From Delftia acidovorans NBRC 14950 (GTDB taxonomy: Bacteria; Pseudomonadota; Gammaproteobacteria; Burkholderiales; Burkholderiaceae_C): DNA of 32,000 bases. Of this stretch, positions 17,174 through 29,908 are shown piece by piece (the first letter of the stretch is position 1; the number at the start of each line of letters is the position of its first letter). The notes below the pieces were generated by a model. That model was not told where the DNA came from. It made no database searches and saw only the letters and a program-made list of their open reading frames with translations. The stretch covers positions 72,879-104,878 of the forward strand of contig NZ_BCZP01000020.1 in NCBI RefSeq assembly GCF_001598795.1, in the 5' to 3' direction. The translations under genes and the position numbers were made by a program.

Positions 17174-17206
17174 GAAAAACGGCTCCCGAGGGAGCCGTTG
17201 ACGTTT
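17174..17206. terminator. Bidirectional rho-independent-type terminator between convergent genes
   Basis: The stem AACGGCTCCC / GGGAGCCGTT (17178-17187 / 17190-17199) is flanked by an upstream A-run (GAAAAA) and a downstream T-containing tail. It lies between the hemerythrin stop (17146) and the usp stop (17237). Confidence 0.6.
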
Positions 17207-17236
17207 CACCCGGCGAAGGGCCGAGCGGCCCGGTGA

Positions 17237-17674
17237 TTACTCGCGCACCACCAGCACCGGCACGCGCACGGCGCCCAGCACGCGCTGGGTCACGCTGCCC
17301 AGCATCAGCTTTTCCAGGCCACGGCGGCCTTGCGAGCCCATGATGATCAGGTCGGCGCCCGTGCTCTCGAGCACGCGCACGATGCCTTCGTGCACCGCAT
17401 GGCCTTCGCCCACCACGGTGGTGGCGGTGATGCCGGCCTCGTCGGTGATCTTCTTGACGGCATCCAGCGTGGTGTTGGCCTCGGCCGTGGCCGCGCTCAG
17501 GTACTGCGACTGGCCGTAGGCGAAGTCGGCGCCCACGCCCGTGAATGGATAGGGGTCCACCACGTAGACCGCCGTCAGCGTGCTGCCAAAGGCCTTGGCC
17601 AGCTCCACGCCCTTGTGAACCGCCAGCATCGAGCTGTTGGAGCCGTCCACGGGAACCAGGATGTGCTTGAACAT
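17237..17674 (-). CDS. Universal stress protein (UspA family)
   Basis: The start at 17674 lies 6 nt after AAGGAGA. MFKHILVPVDGSNSS..AVYVVD..ADLIIMGSQGRRGLEKLMLGSVTQRVL..VPVLVV is the canonical Usp fold motif set. Confidence 0.9.
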   Translation of the reverse strand: MFKHILVPVDGSNSSMLAVHKGVELAKAFGSTLTAVYVVDPYPFTGVGADFAYGQSQYLSAATAEANTTLDAVKKITDEAGITATTVVGEGHAVHEGIVRVLESTGADLIIMGSQGRRGLEKLMLGSVTQRVLGAVRVPVLVVRE

Positions 17675-17763
17675 GCGTTTTCTCCTTTGTGCTTGGCCGC
17701 CGTCAACAATCGGGGGCGGCCGGGTCGATGAACCAAAGTGTGCGCCCATCATGCGCCAGCGTC

Positions 17764-17777
17764 TTGAGCTGCATCAA
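17764..17777. promoter_or_regulatory. FNR/Anr-like box upstream of usp
   Basis: TTGAGCTGCATCAA matches TTGAT-N4-ATCAA with one mismatch. Its centre is about 96 nt upstream of the usp ATG. It overlaps the stop codon of the upstream dioxygenase gene and shares the CTGCATCAA core with the hemerythrin palindrome. Confidence 0.4.
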
Positions 17778-18556
17778 TCCTTGCGGCGACGCGTCAGCTC
17801 CGAGCCCTGGAAACCCTGGCGGCGATAGGTCAGCACCAGGGTATCGCGCACGCCGCCCGGCTGCTCTGGCTGGATGGGCGTGGTCTCATGGATCATGCGG
17901 GCATCGTCCAGCAGCATCACCGACCAGGGCTCGGTCAGCGTGAAGCGCTGGCCGCTGGGGCCCGTGGCCTCGAAGATGCGTGTCTCGCCGCCCTTCACGC
18001 CCTCGCGCCCGACCAGGATCACGGCCACCAGGTCCACGCCGTCGCGGTGCGCGCCTTCGGGCGTGGGCCGGCCAATGCCGTCCGTGGTGTCGATGCGGAA
18101 CTGGTGGGACTCGATGAACCAGCGCTCGTGCTGCACATCATCACCCTGGGCGCAGAACACCTGGTCGGACAGGCCCGCCAGCGCCAGCAGCAGCCGGCTC
18201 CAGGTGGCGCTTTGCGCCGTGGCGTCGCGCATGGGATCGAACATGCGCAGCATGCCGCCATGCAGGGCGTTGTATTCCACCGGCTGCCAGTGCGCGCGGT
18301 GCTCCACCTGCTGCAGCCCGTCCTCCCCGGCGATGAAGCAGGAATGGCGGCGGCGCCGGTAGCGCCCGCCGTCCTTCAGAAAGGCATCTGGCGGCAGCTG
18401 GGCCCAGTCGGCATCGAGCGCATGCAGCTCGGTCAATGACACGCTTGCCCAGGCCGCGAATTCATCGGGGCGCAGCACCGCATAGCCTGCGTCGCGCAGC
18501 GACTGCGCTGCATTCTGGGGGGCGATATAGGGAGGGGGAAACGTGATGTGCGCCAT
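17774..18556 (-). CDS. 2OG-Fe(II) dioxygenase family protein (2OG-Fe_Oxy_2 / isoleucine-dioxygenase-like)
   Basis: The 260-aa product has RRRRHSCF..PEGAHRDGVDLVAVILVGREGVKGGETRIF..HETTPI, i.e. an HxD...H facial triad in the context I remember for the PF10014-type family. Confidence 0.75.
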   Translation of the reverse strand: MAHITFPPPYIAPQNAAQSLRDAGYAVLRPDEFAAWASVSLTELHALDADWAQLPPDAFLKDGGRYRRRRHSCFIAGEDGLQQVEHRAHWQPVEYNALHGGMLRMFDPMRDATAQSATWSRLLLALAGLSDQVFCAQGDDVQHERWFIESHQFRIDTTDGIGRPTPEGAHRDGVDLVAVILVGREGVKGGETRIFEATGPSGQRFTLTEPWSVMLLDDARMIHETTPIQPEQPGGVRDTLVLTYRRQGFQGSELTRRRKD

Positions 18557-18687
18557 AACCCGACAAGCTTACTCCTCGCCCGCACCCGTCCGGGCGAGGC
18601 GGGCTGCAAATTTGCGCAATGCTGTGGCGACAGACGCGCATCAATGCGGGCGCAGCCTCGGCGGCGCGCGGGGCCTCACACCGGTTC

Positions 18688-19902
<1,215 letters not shown>

Positions 19903-19968
19903 TCATGCCATGGCCTGCGCCCAAGATTAGTTTTGAGGCAGCGCAAAGACGAGGGGCTGCAGCACGCG

Positions 19969-20006
19969 TTGCGCGGTGATCGCGCAATCTGCGCGACAAT
20001 CGCGCA
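19969..20006. promoter_or_regulatory. Candidate PobR/PcaU-type operator (repeated TCGCGCA/TGCGCGA half-sites) in the pobA-pobR divergent region
   Basis: One inverted repeat is TTGCGCG gtgat CGCGCAA (19969-19987). It is followed by TGCGCGA caa TCGCGCA (19990-20006). IclR-type PobR/PcaU regulators are known to bind a palindrome plus an additional repeat. Confidence 0.4.
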
Positions 20007-20033
20007 CTACCTGCATGCCCGCCCTCCCCGCCC

Positions 20034-20816
20034 ATGAACCAGCCTTTTCCCATCGACCCGGATGACTTCATCGCCGGACTGGCCAAGGGCCTGGCCGTGC
20101 TGGAGAGCTTCGACACCGAGCGCCAGCGCCTGAACGCCACCATGGCGGCCGAGCGCTCTGGCATCACGCGCACGGCCGCGCGCCGCCATCTGCTGACCTT
20201 GACGCACCTGGGTTATCTGGAGACGGACGGCAGCCATTTCTGGCTGGCGCCCAAGGTGCTGCGGCTGTCGGGCAGCTACCTGGCCTCGGCGCGGCTGCCG
20301 CGCATCGTCCAGCCCGTGCTCTACCGGCTGGCGGCGCAGACCCAGTTGTCGTTTTCCTGCGTGGTGCGCGATGGCCACGAGGTGGTCATCGTCGCGCGCA
20401 GCGCCCTGCACGAGCGCGGCCAGCGCCTCATGGCCCACGGGCTGCACCTGGGCAGCCGCCTGCCCGCCCATGCCACCTCCACGGGCCGTGTGCTGCTGGC
20501 CGCCCTGCCTGCGGCCGAGCTCAGGCAATGGCTGGCATCGCACGATCTGCGGCGCCTGACCGCCCACACGGTCACCGACAGCGCCGCGCTGGAAGGCGTG
20601 CTGGACGAAGTGCGCCGACAGGACTTCTGCCTGGCCCTGGAAGAGCATGAGCTGGCCGTGCAGGCCCTGGCCGTGCCGTTGCGCAACATGGAGGGCCGCA
20701 CGGTGGCCGCGCTCAACATCGTGACCTCGCCCCAGCGCATGGCGCCCGCCGACATGGCGGCCGAGCTGCTGCCGCTGCTGCAGGAGGCGGCGCGGGAGCT
20801 GCGGCCGCTGCTCTGA
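20034..20816 (+). CDS. pobR: IclR-family transcriptional regulator (PobR/PcaU/PcaR type)
   Basis: FIAGLAKGLAVLESF..LNATMAAERSGITRTAARRHLLTLTHLGYLE is an IclR-type HTH, and the C-terminal part is an IclR effector domain. The gene is divergent from pobA. The symbol is assigned from context. Confidence 0.8.
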   Translation: MNQPFPIDPDDFIAGLAKGLAVLESFDTERQRLNATMAAERSGITRTAARRHLLTLTHLGYLETDGSHFWLAPKVLRLSGSYLASARLPRIVQPVLYRLAAQTQLSFSCVVRDGHEVVIVARSALHERGQRLMAHGLHLGSRLPAHATSTGRVLLAALPAAELRQWLASHDLRRLTAHTVTDSAALEGVLDEVRRQDFCLALEEHELAVQALAVPLRNMEGRTVAALNIVTSPQRMAPADMAAELLPLLQEAARELRPLL

Positions 20817-20856
20817 GGCCTGCTGACCTGCGACCTGCCGCGGTCGCTGCAACCGC

Positions 20857-21756
20857 TCAGAGCGGCGCGCACACCAGCCGGCTCAGTTCGCGCAGGGCCA
20901 GCGAGGTCTTGCGGATCAGCGGCGTGGCCTTTTTCTTGGCCGACTGCGCCAGGCACAGCGTGCTCACCACATGGGGCGACTCGATGGGAATGCCCACCAG
21001 CTCGGCATCGGTCAGGTGGCTGCGCATGGCGCTGTCGGTCAGCGCGGCGTAGCCGTAGCCGCCGCGCACCAGGTCCAGGATGGCCGGCACGCTGGACACT
21101 TCCCAGACCACGTTGAGCTTGACCTGGGACAGCGTGGCCTGCGCTTCCATCAGCTTGCGGAAGATCTGGCCGTGCTGCGGCATGATCAACGGAAACTGCG
21201 ACAGCTCGTCAAAGCGCACGCCGCTGCGCCCGCCCAGGGTGCGCGCCGGGCCGATCAGGCACAGGCGCTCTTCCAGCACGGGCGTGACCTCGATGTGCGG
21301 ATGCGGCTCGGGCGTATAGACCAGGCCCAGGTCCATGCGGCCCGAGGTCAGCCATTCGGCGATGTTCATGGAAAAGCCCTCGACCACGGCCAGGCGGGCC
21401 TTGGGCATGTCCTTGCTGAACAGGTCGATCAGCGGCAGCGTCAGGCGCCGCGCCAGGCTGGGCGGCAGGCCCACCACGATGCGGCCCACGGGCTCGTCGC
21501 GCTGGCTGCCCAGATCCTCCTTGGCCAGCGCCACACGCTGCATGATGGCGTGGCCGTGCTCCAGCAGGCGGCGGCCCGCGTCGGTCAGCGTCACGCCGCG
21601 GCCGGTGCGGATCAGCAGGGTTTCGCGCAGCTCGGTCTCCAGCGCCCGCACCTGGCGGCTCAGTGCGGGCTGGGCCGTCTCCAGCAGCACGGCCGCCTTG
21701 CTGAAGCTGCCGGTCTCGGCCACATGCACAAAGGTCTCTATCTGCTGCAAATTCAT
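20857..21756 (-). CDS. LysR-family transcriptional regulator
   Basis: MNLQQIETFVHVAETGSFSKAAVLLETAQPALSRQVRALETEL is a LysR-type HTH. The protein is 299 aa and is divergent from a Bug binding-protein gene. Confidence 0.9.
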   Translation of the reverse strand: MNLQQIETFVHVAETGSFSKAAVLLETAQPALSRQVRALETELRETLLIRTGRGVTLTDAGRRLLEHGHAIMQRVALAKEDLGSQRDEPVGRIVVGLPPSLARRLTLPLIDLFSKDMPKARLAVVEGFSMNIAEWLTSGRMDLGLVYTPEPHPHIEVTPVLEERLCLIGPARTLGGRSGVRFDELSQFPLIMPQHGQIFRKLMEAQATLSQVKLNVVWEVSSVPAILDLVRGGYGYAALTDSAMRSHLTDAELVGIPIESPHVVSTLCLAQSAKKKATPLIRKTSLALRELSRLVCAPL

Positions 21757-21960
21757 GTTCTATCGTCTCCTCACTTATGCCATTTTGCTATAGCTGCTAG
21801 CGGCGGCGATGGCTAGGTGCTTTGCGGCGAACTGACACAATGCGGCGACTGGATCATCCAGCCGCTCCCGCAAGAGAGCGTAAAAAACAAGAGCGGCCCG
21901 TGCATTCCCGGCATAGGGCCAAGCCACCCAGCAAGCCCAACAGCGACTCGGAGACAAACC

Positions 21961-22968
21961 ATGAAAGACAGCGCCTTCAGCATCAATCGCCGCCAGGCGG
22001 GCCTCGCCCTTGGCGCCCTGGCCCTGGGCGCGCTGGCGCCCGCGCGTGCCCAGTCGGGTGCCGCCGCCAACTGGCCCACCAAGCAGGTGCGCATCATCAA
22101 TCCGTTCCCCGTGGGCGGCGGGCCGGACGGCACTTCGCGCCTGGTGGCCGACAAGCTGGCGCGCCTGTGGAACCAGCCCGTCATCGTGGAAAACCGCCCC
22201 GGCGGCAACGGCTTCATCGCCATCGAGGCCTTCAAGCGCGGCGCCACCGACGGCACGGACATCATCCAGCTGGACAACGTCCACCTGGCCGCCTATCCCC
22301 ATCTGTTCAAGAAGCTGCCCTACAACATCGACAAGGACTTCGAGGTCGTCCTGCCGCTGTTTCGCACCTTCTTCTTCGTCTGCGTGCCGGTCAACAGCCC
22401 CTACAAAACCGTGGCCGACCTGATTGCCGACGCCAAGGCGCGCCCCGGCAAGCTGAACTACGGCTCGTGGTCCGTGGGCAACCCGGTGCACCTGGGCTCG
22501 GCCCTGCTGGAGTCGCTGACGGGCACCAAGATGGAACACGTCATCTACAAAGAAACCAGCCAGCTGTACACCAGCGTGGCCACGGGCGAGCTGGCCTTTG
22601 CCTTGGGCTCCTCGGGCACGGCCGGCCCGCTGATGCGTTCGGGCAAGCTGCGCTTCCTGGCCGTGCTGGCACCCCATCGCCTCAAGGGCTATGAAGACGT
22701 GCCCACCGTGGCCGAGTCCGGCGGCCCGGCCGACGCCGTGGTCACCGGCTGGAATGCCTTTGCCGTCTCCAAGTCCACGCCGCCCGCCGTGGTCGAGAAG
22801 ATCCGCCAGGACACCATGAAAGTCCTGCGCGAACCCGACATCCAGCCCAAGTTCCAGACCTTCGGCTACGAGAACTACTTCCCCACGCCCGAGGAGTTCA
22901 AGGCCTTCATCGTCGAAGAGAACAAGCGCTTTGGCGACGTGATCCGCCGCGCCAAGATCGAGCTGTAA
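21961..22968 (+). CDS. Bug-family (TctC-like) substrate-binding protein
   Basis: ATG 21961 lies 6 nt after GGAGA. The signal peptide is Tat-like (INRRQAGLALGALALGALAPARAQ). It is followed by WPTKQVRIINPFPVGGGPDGTSR..NRPGGNGFIA. Confidence 0.9.
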   Translation: MKDSAFSINRRQAGLALGALALGALAPARAQSGAAANWPTKQVRIINPFPVGGGPDGTSRLVADKLARLWNQPVIVENRPGGNGFIAIEAFKRGATDGTDIIQLDNVHLAAYPHLFKKLPYNIDKDFEVVLPLFRTFFFVCVPVNSPYKTVADLIADAKARPGKLNYGSWSVGNPVHLGSALLESLTGTKMEHVIYKETSQLYTSVATGELAFALGSSGTAGPLMRSGKLRFLAVLAPHRLKGYEDVPTVAESGGPADAVVTGWNAFAVSKSTPPAVVEKIRQDTMKVLREPDIQPKFQTFGYENYFPTPEEFKAFIVEENKRFGDVIRRAKIEL

Positions 22969-22995
22969 GCCACAGGCCACAGCAGGCCGCAGACG

Positions 22996-23034
22996 CAAAA
23001 AAGCCGCCGTGCCGCAAGGCCGGCGGCTTTTTTC
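22996..23034. terminator. Bidirectional rho-independent terminator
   Basis: AAAAAAGCCGCCG tgccgcaagg CCGGCGGCTTTTTT is a GC stem flanked by an A-run and a T-run. It lies between the convergent genes ending at 22968 and 23044. Confidence 0.7.
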
Positions 23035-23043
23035 ATGCCGTCT

Positions 23044-24201
23044 TCAGCGCGACAGCCCGCGCGCCGCAATCGGCCACAGCGCGTGCACCACGCCGTCGTG
23101 CAACACCACCAGCTCGTCGTGCAGGTTGAATGTCGGGTCCACGTGCGAGGGCAGAAGCTGCAGCACGCTGCCCAGGGCGGGCGCCTGGGCGCCCGGCTCC
23201 ACGCGCACCACGCTGTGCTCGTCGTTGATGGCCACGCAGCGCAGGCCCGGCGTGCCGTACATGGCAGGCGGCCCGCATTCGGCCGAGGTGGACTTCAGGC
23301 CCACGTCCAGGATGACGCGGTCCGGCGCGGGCGTGCTCATCACCGTGGACAGCAGGAACAGGCTGCTGCGAAAGGCCAGCGCCCCGTCCCACTCGTTGGC
23401 GCCGTAGTCGCCATCCATGAAGGCATAGGAGCCCGGCTGCAACTCGGTGTAGACGCCGCTGGCCGCGTCGAACTCCACGCTGCCCGTGCCGCCGCCCGTG
23501 ATGGTGTGGCAGGCCATGCCGTTGTCGCGCAGCAGTTGCGCGCATGCCGCCGCCTGGCGCGCCGCCTCCCGGCAGACCTGCGCACGCTCTTCGCGGCTGC
23601 GCCGGTGCTGCACCGCGCCGTGGTAGGCCTGTAGGCCTGCGAAATTCACGCCCGGCAGGTCATGCGCCTGCCGCGCCAGGGCCAGCACGGCCTCGGGGCC
23701 CGTGACGCCGCAGCGGCCCTGGCCCACGTCCACTTCCACCAGCACGTCGATCTCCACGCCCGCCTGCGACATGGCCCCGGACAACTGCACCAGGTTGGCC
23801 GCGTTGTCCACGCACACCGCCATGCGCGCACTGCGCGCCAGCCGGGCCAGCAGCGCGTGCTTGGCGGGTCCCACGACCTCGTTGCTGATCAGGATGTCGC
23901 GCACGCCGGCCGCCACAAAGGGCACGGCCTCGCTCACCTTCTGGCAGCAGATGCCGCGCGCGCCCAGCGCCAGCTGGCGCAGCGCGATCTGCGGGCACTT
24001 GTGCGCCTTGGCATGCGGGCGCAGCGCCACGCCGTGGCGGTCGGCCCAGTCCTGCATGGTGCGCAGGTTGGCGTCGAAGACGGTCAGGTCCAGCGCCAGG
24101 CTGGGTGTATCGACCCGGTCGAGCGGATCGCCGGGCCGTGCGGCAGGCTCCATTGCCAGGCCGCTGGAGTCATCGTGCAGGGGCATGGGGCTGTGCCTCA
24201 T
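23044..24201 (-). CDS. DSD1-family PLP-dependent enzyme (D-serine deaminase-like / D-threonine or D-3-hydroxyaspartate aldolase type)
   Basis: LDTPSLALDL..RPHAKAHKCPQIA (PLP Lys context)..QKVSEA..the alanine-racemase-like N-domain, then the C-terminal HVDPT motif. Start 24201 forms an ATGA overlap with the stop of the upstream GFA gene. The alternative ATG 24186 (MPLHDD) has a better SD. The 534-aa ORF extension was rejected. Confidence 0.85.
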   Translation of the reverse strand: MRHSPMPLHDDSSGLAMEPAARPGDPLDRVDTPSLALDLTVFDANLRTMQDWADRHGVALRPHAKAHKCPQIALRQLALGARGICCQKVSEAVPFVAAGVRDILISNEVVGPAKHALLARLARSARMAVCVDNAANLVQLSGAMSQAGVEIDVLVEVDVGQGRCGVTGPEAVLALARQAHDLPGVNFAGLQAYHGAVQHRRSREERAQVCREAARQAAACAQLLRDNGMACHTITGGGTGSVEFDAASGVYTELQPGSYAFMDGDYGANEWDGALAFRSSLFLLSTVMSTPAPDRVILDVGLKSTSAECGPPAMYGTPGLRCVAINDEHSVVRVEPGAQAPALGSVLQLLPSHVDPTFNLHDELVVLHDGVVHALWPIAARGLSR

Positions 24202-24602
24202 TCCTGCGGGGGCGCGTATTGGGCGATGACCTCGGCCTCGGTCATGGTCGGCGTCTGGTTGGCGAAGTCGTAGTAGCCGGGCTTCTTGTCGATGTAGATC
24301 TGCGTGGCCAGCTCGAAGTCCTGCGACTCGAAGGCGCCGGCCGGCACAAAGTACTCGCCCGTGGCGTGCAGCCGGTAGTACAGGTGCGTGCCGCACTGCT
24401 TGCAGAAGGCGCGCTCGGCCCATTCGGAGGATGCATAGGTGCCGATGTGCTCGCCGCCCTCGAACTTCACATCGGGCCCGCAATGCACCGCCAGCATGGG
24501 GCCGCCGCCCCAGCGCCGGCAGTACCCACAGTGGCAGGCCCCGATTTCCCGGGCCTGGGGAGAGACAAAGCTGACTGCGCCGCAAAGACAGTGACCGTTC
24601 AT
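24198..24602 (-). CDS. GFA-family protein (glutathione-dependent formaldehyde-activating / CENP-V-like Zn-Cys fold)
   Basis: MNGHCLCGAVSF..CHCGYCRRWGGG..FCKQCGTHL is the characteristic Cys pattern of the GFA family (134 aa). Confidence 0.85.
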   Translation of the reverse strand: MNGHCLCGAVSFVSPQAREIGACHCGYCRRWGGGPMLAVHCGPDVKFEGGEHIGTYASSEWAERAFCKQCGTHLYYRLHATGEYFVPAGAFESQDFELATQIYIDKKPGYYDFANQTPTMTEAEVIAQYAPPQE

Positions 24603-24712
24603 GGTGCGTGGACCTTTCCGTGGGTTGCAAGTAGCTGTGATTATTCACAGGTGCCGCGCATCATAGGCGATGGCGCAGCGCCTGCAAACCGCGGCGCCCT
24701 ACACTGCGCGCC

Positions 24713-25252
24713 ATGCAGCTTTTTCACTTCAGCGAAGACGGAGATATCCGGCAATTCCAGCCCCGCCCGGTCCTGAAGGCGGCACCCCGCCGCCAGGGAC
24801 AGGAATGGCTCAACGGCCCCCTGGTGTGGGCCATCGCCCATACGCATCAGCGGCTGTACCTGTTTCCGCGCGAATGCCCGCGCATCGTCATATGGCCGCA
24901 CGAGCACAGCACCCGCGAAGACAGGGCCCAATGGCTGAACGCCCTGCCCGCCGCAGCGCTGGCCGTGGCCTATGTGGAGACCGCCTGGGCCGCGCGCCTG
25001 CAAGCGGCCCGGATACACCGGTACGAGCTGCCAGCCGATACGTTTGAAAGTCTGGAGGACGCCGGCATGTACGTGAGCCGGCAGGCCGTGCAGCCCCTGC
25101 GCCGGGACCTGCTGGTCGATCTGCCGCAAGCGCTAGCGGAATGCGGCACCGAGCTGCGCATCGTCGATTCGCTGCAGCCGCTGCGCGGCGTCTGGGACAG
25201 CTCGCTGCATGCCAGCGGCATACGGCTGCGCAATGCGGCCAGCTGGGCCTGA
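24713..25252 (+). CDS. Conserved hypothetical protein (179 aa; resembles the DUF6886-type family, from memory)
   Basis: MQLFHFSEDGDIRQFQPRP..LVWAIAHTHQRLYLFPRECPRIV. Coding-type third-position G+C is present. No SD is visible. The gene sits directly upstream of the small phosphatase gene. Confidence 0.65.
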   Translation: MQLFHFSEDGDIRQFQPRPVLKAAPRRQGQEWLNGPLVWAIAHTHQRLYLFPRECPRIVIWPHEHSTREDRAQWLNALPAAALAVAYVETAWAARLQAARIHRYELPADTFESLEDAGMYVSRQAVQPLRRDLLVDLPQALAECGTELRIVDSLQPLRGVWDSSLHASGIRLRNAASWA

Positions 25253-25289
25253 GCGCACTTGCATTCAAAGACCAACGCCTCTTTCCAAC

Positions 25290-25637
25290 ATGCCCCGCAA
25301 TGACAACCGCCTCAAGGTCCTCTTCGTCTGCAGCCGCAACCAGTGGCGCAGCCCCACGGCAGAGCAGGTCTGGCGCAGGCACCCTGCCTTGCAGGTGCGC
25401 TCGGGCGGCACCAGTGCGGGCGCCCGCCACCGCGTGTCGGCCGACGATGTGGCCTGGGCCGACGTGATTCTCGTGATGGAGGAAAGGCACCAGTCCCGCC
25501 TCAAGGCCGATTTCGGCCGGCTGCTGGCGCAAAAGCGCGTGCATGTGCTCGATATCCCTGACGAGTACCGCTACATGGACCCCGAGCTGGTGGACATGCT
25601 GCAGACCGCCGTCAGCGCACTGCTGCAACTGGACTGA
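25290..25637 (+). CDS. Small low-molecular-weight phosphatase-family protein (CX5R P-loop)
   Basis: MPRNDNRLKVLFVCSRNQWRSPTAE has the CX5R(S) motif CSRNQWRS in the LMW-PTP/ArsC-like N-terminal position. At 115 aa it is shorter than canonical LMW-PTPs. Confidence 0.7.
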   Translation: MPRNDNRLKVLFVCSRNQWRSPTAEQVWRRHPALQVRSGGTSAGARHRVSADDVAWADVILVMEERHQSRLKADFGRLLAQKRVHVLDIPDEYRYMDPELVDMLQTAVSALLQLD

Positions 25638-25802
25638 GCGCCGGACGCCACGGCGACGGCAACCATAGGCAAGCACGTAGGCAAAAACAGTCAATTGCAT
25701 TCGGACGTACGCTATAGTAACGAACGGTATCAAAAGCACGGTCTGCCGTATGACAAATGGACGACTGGATACCCTCCAGGAGGACCCCCAACCGAGGCTG
25801 AA

Positions 25803-29891
<4,089 letters not shown>

Positions 29892-29908
29892 ACCGAGGAT
29901 GAAGTCAC

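Noticed and set aside
18575-18615. Hairpin CTCGCCCG-N8-CGGGCGAG and the 10-bp palindrome GCAAATTTGC between pobA and the dioxygenase gene.
   Set aside because: The hairpin has no adjacent U-tract for a pobA terminator, and there is no recognisable regulator consensus. The evidence is insufficient to call a feature.
24202-24648. Upstream extension of the DSD1-family ORF to 534 aa.
   Set aside because: It runs through the GFA-family gene (24198-24602) on the same strand in another frame. The GFA frame has the diagnostic Cys motifs, whereas the extension has none.
24635-24650. TGTGA...TCACA motif read as a CRP site.
   Set aside because: The half-sites are separated by 4 nt, not the 6 nt of the CRP consensus. 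I kept it only as an unassigned palindrome.
25695-25802. TTG-initiated 36-codon extension of the kinase/cyclase ORF (MHSDVRYSNERYQK..).
   Set aside because: It lies in the AT-rich putative promoter/leader and has atypical codon usage. ATG 25803 has a well-placed GAGG.
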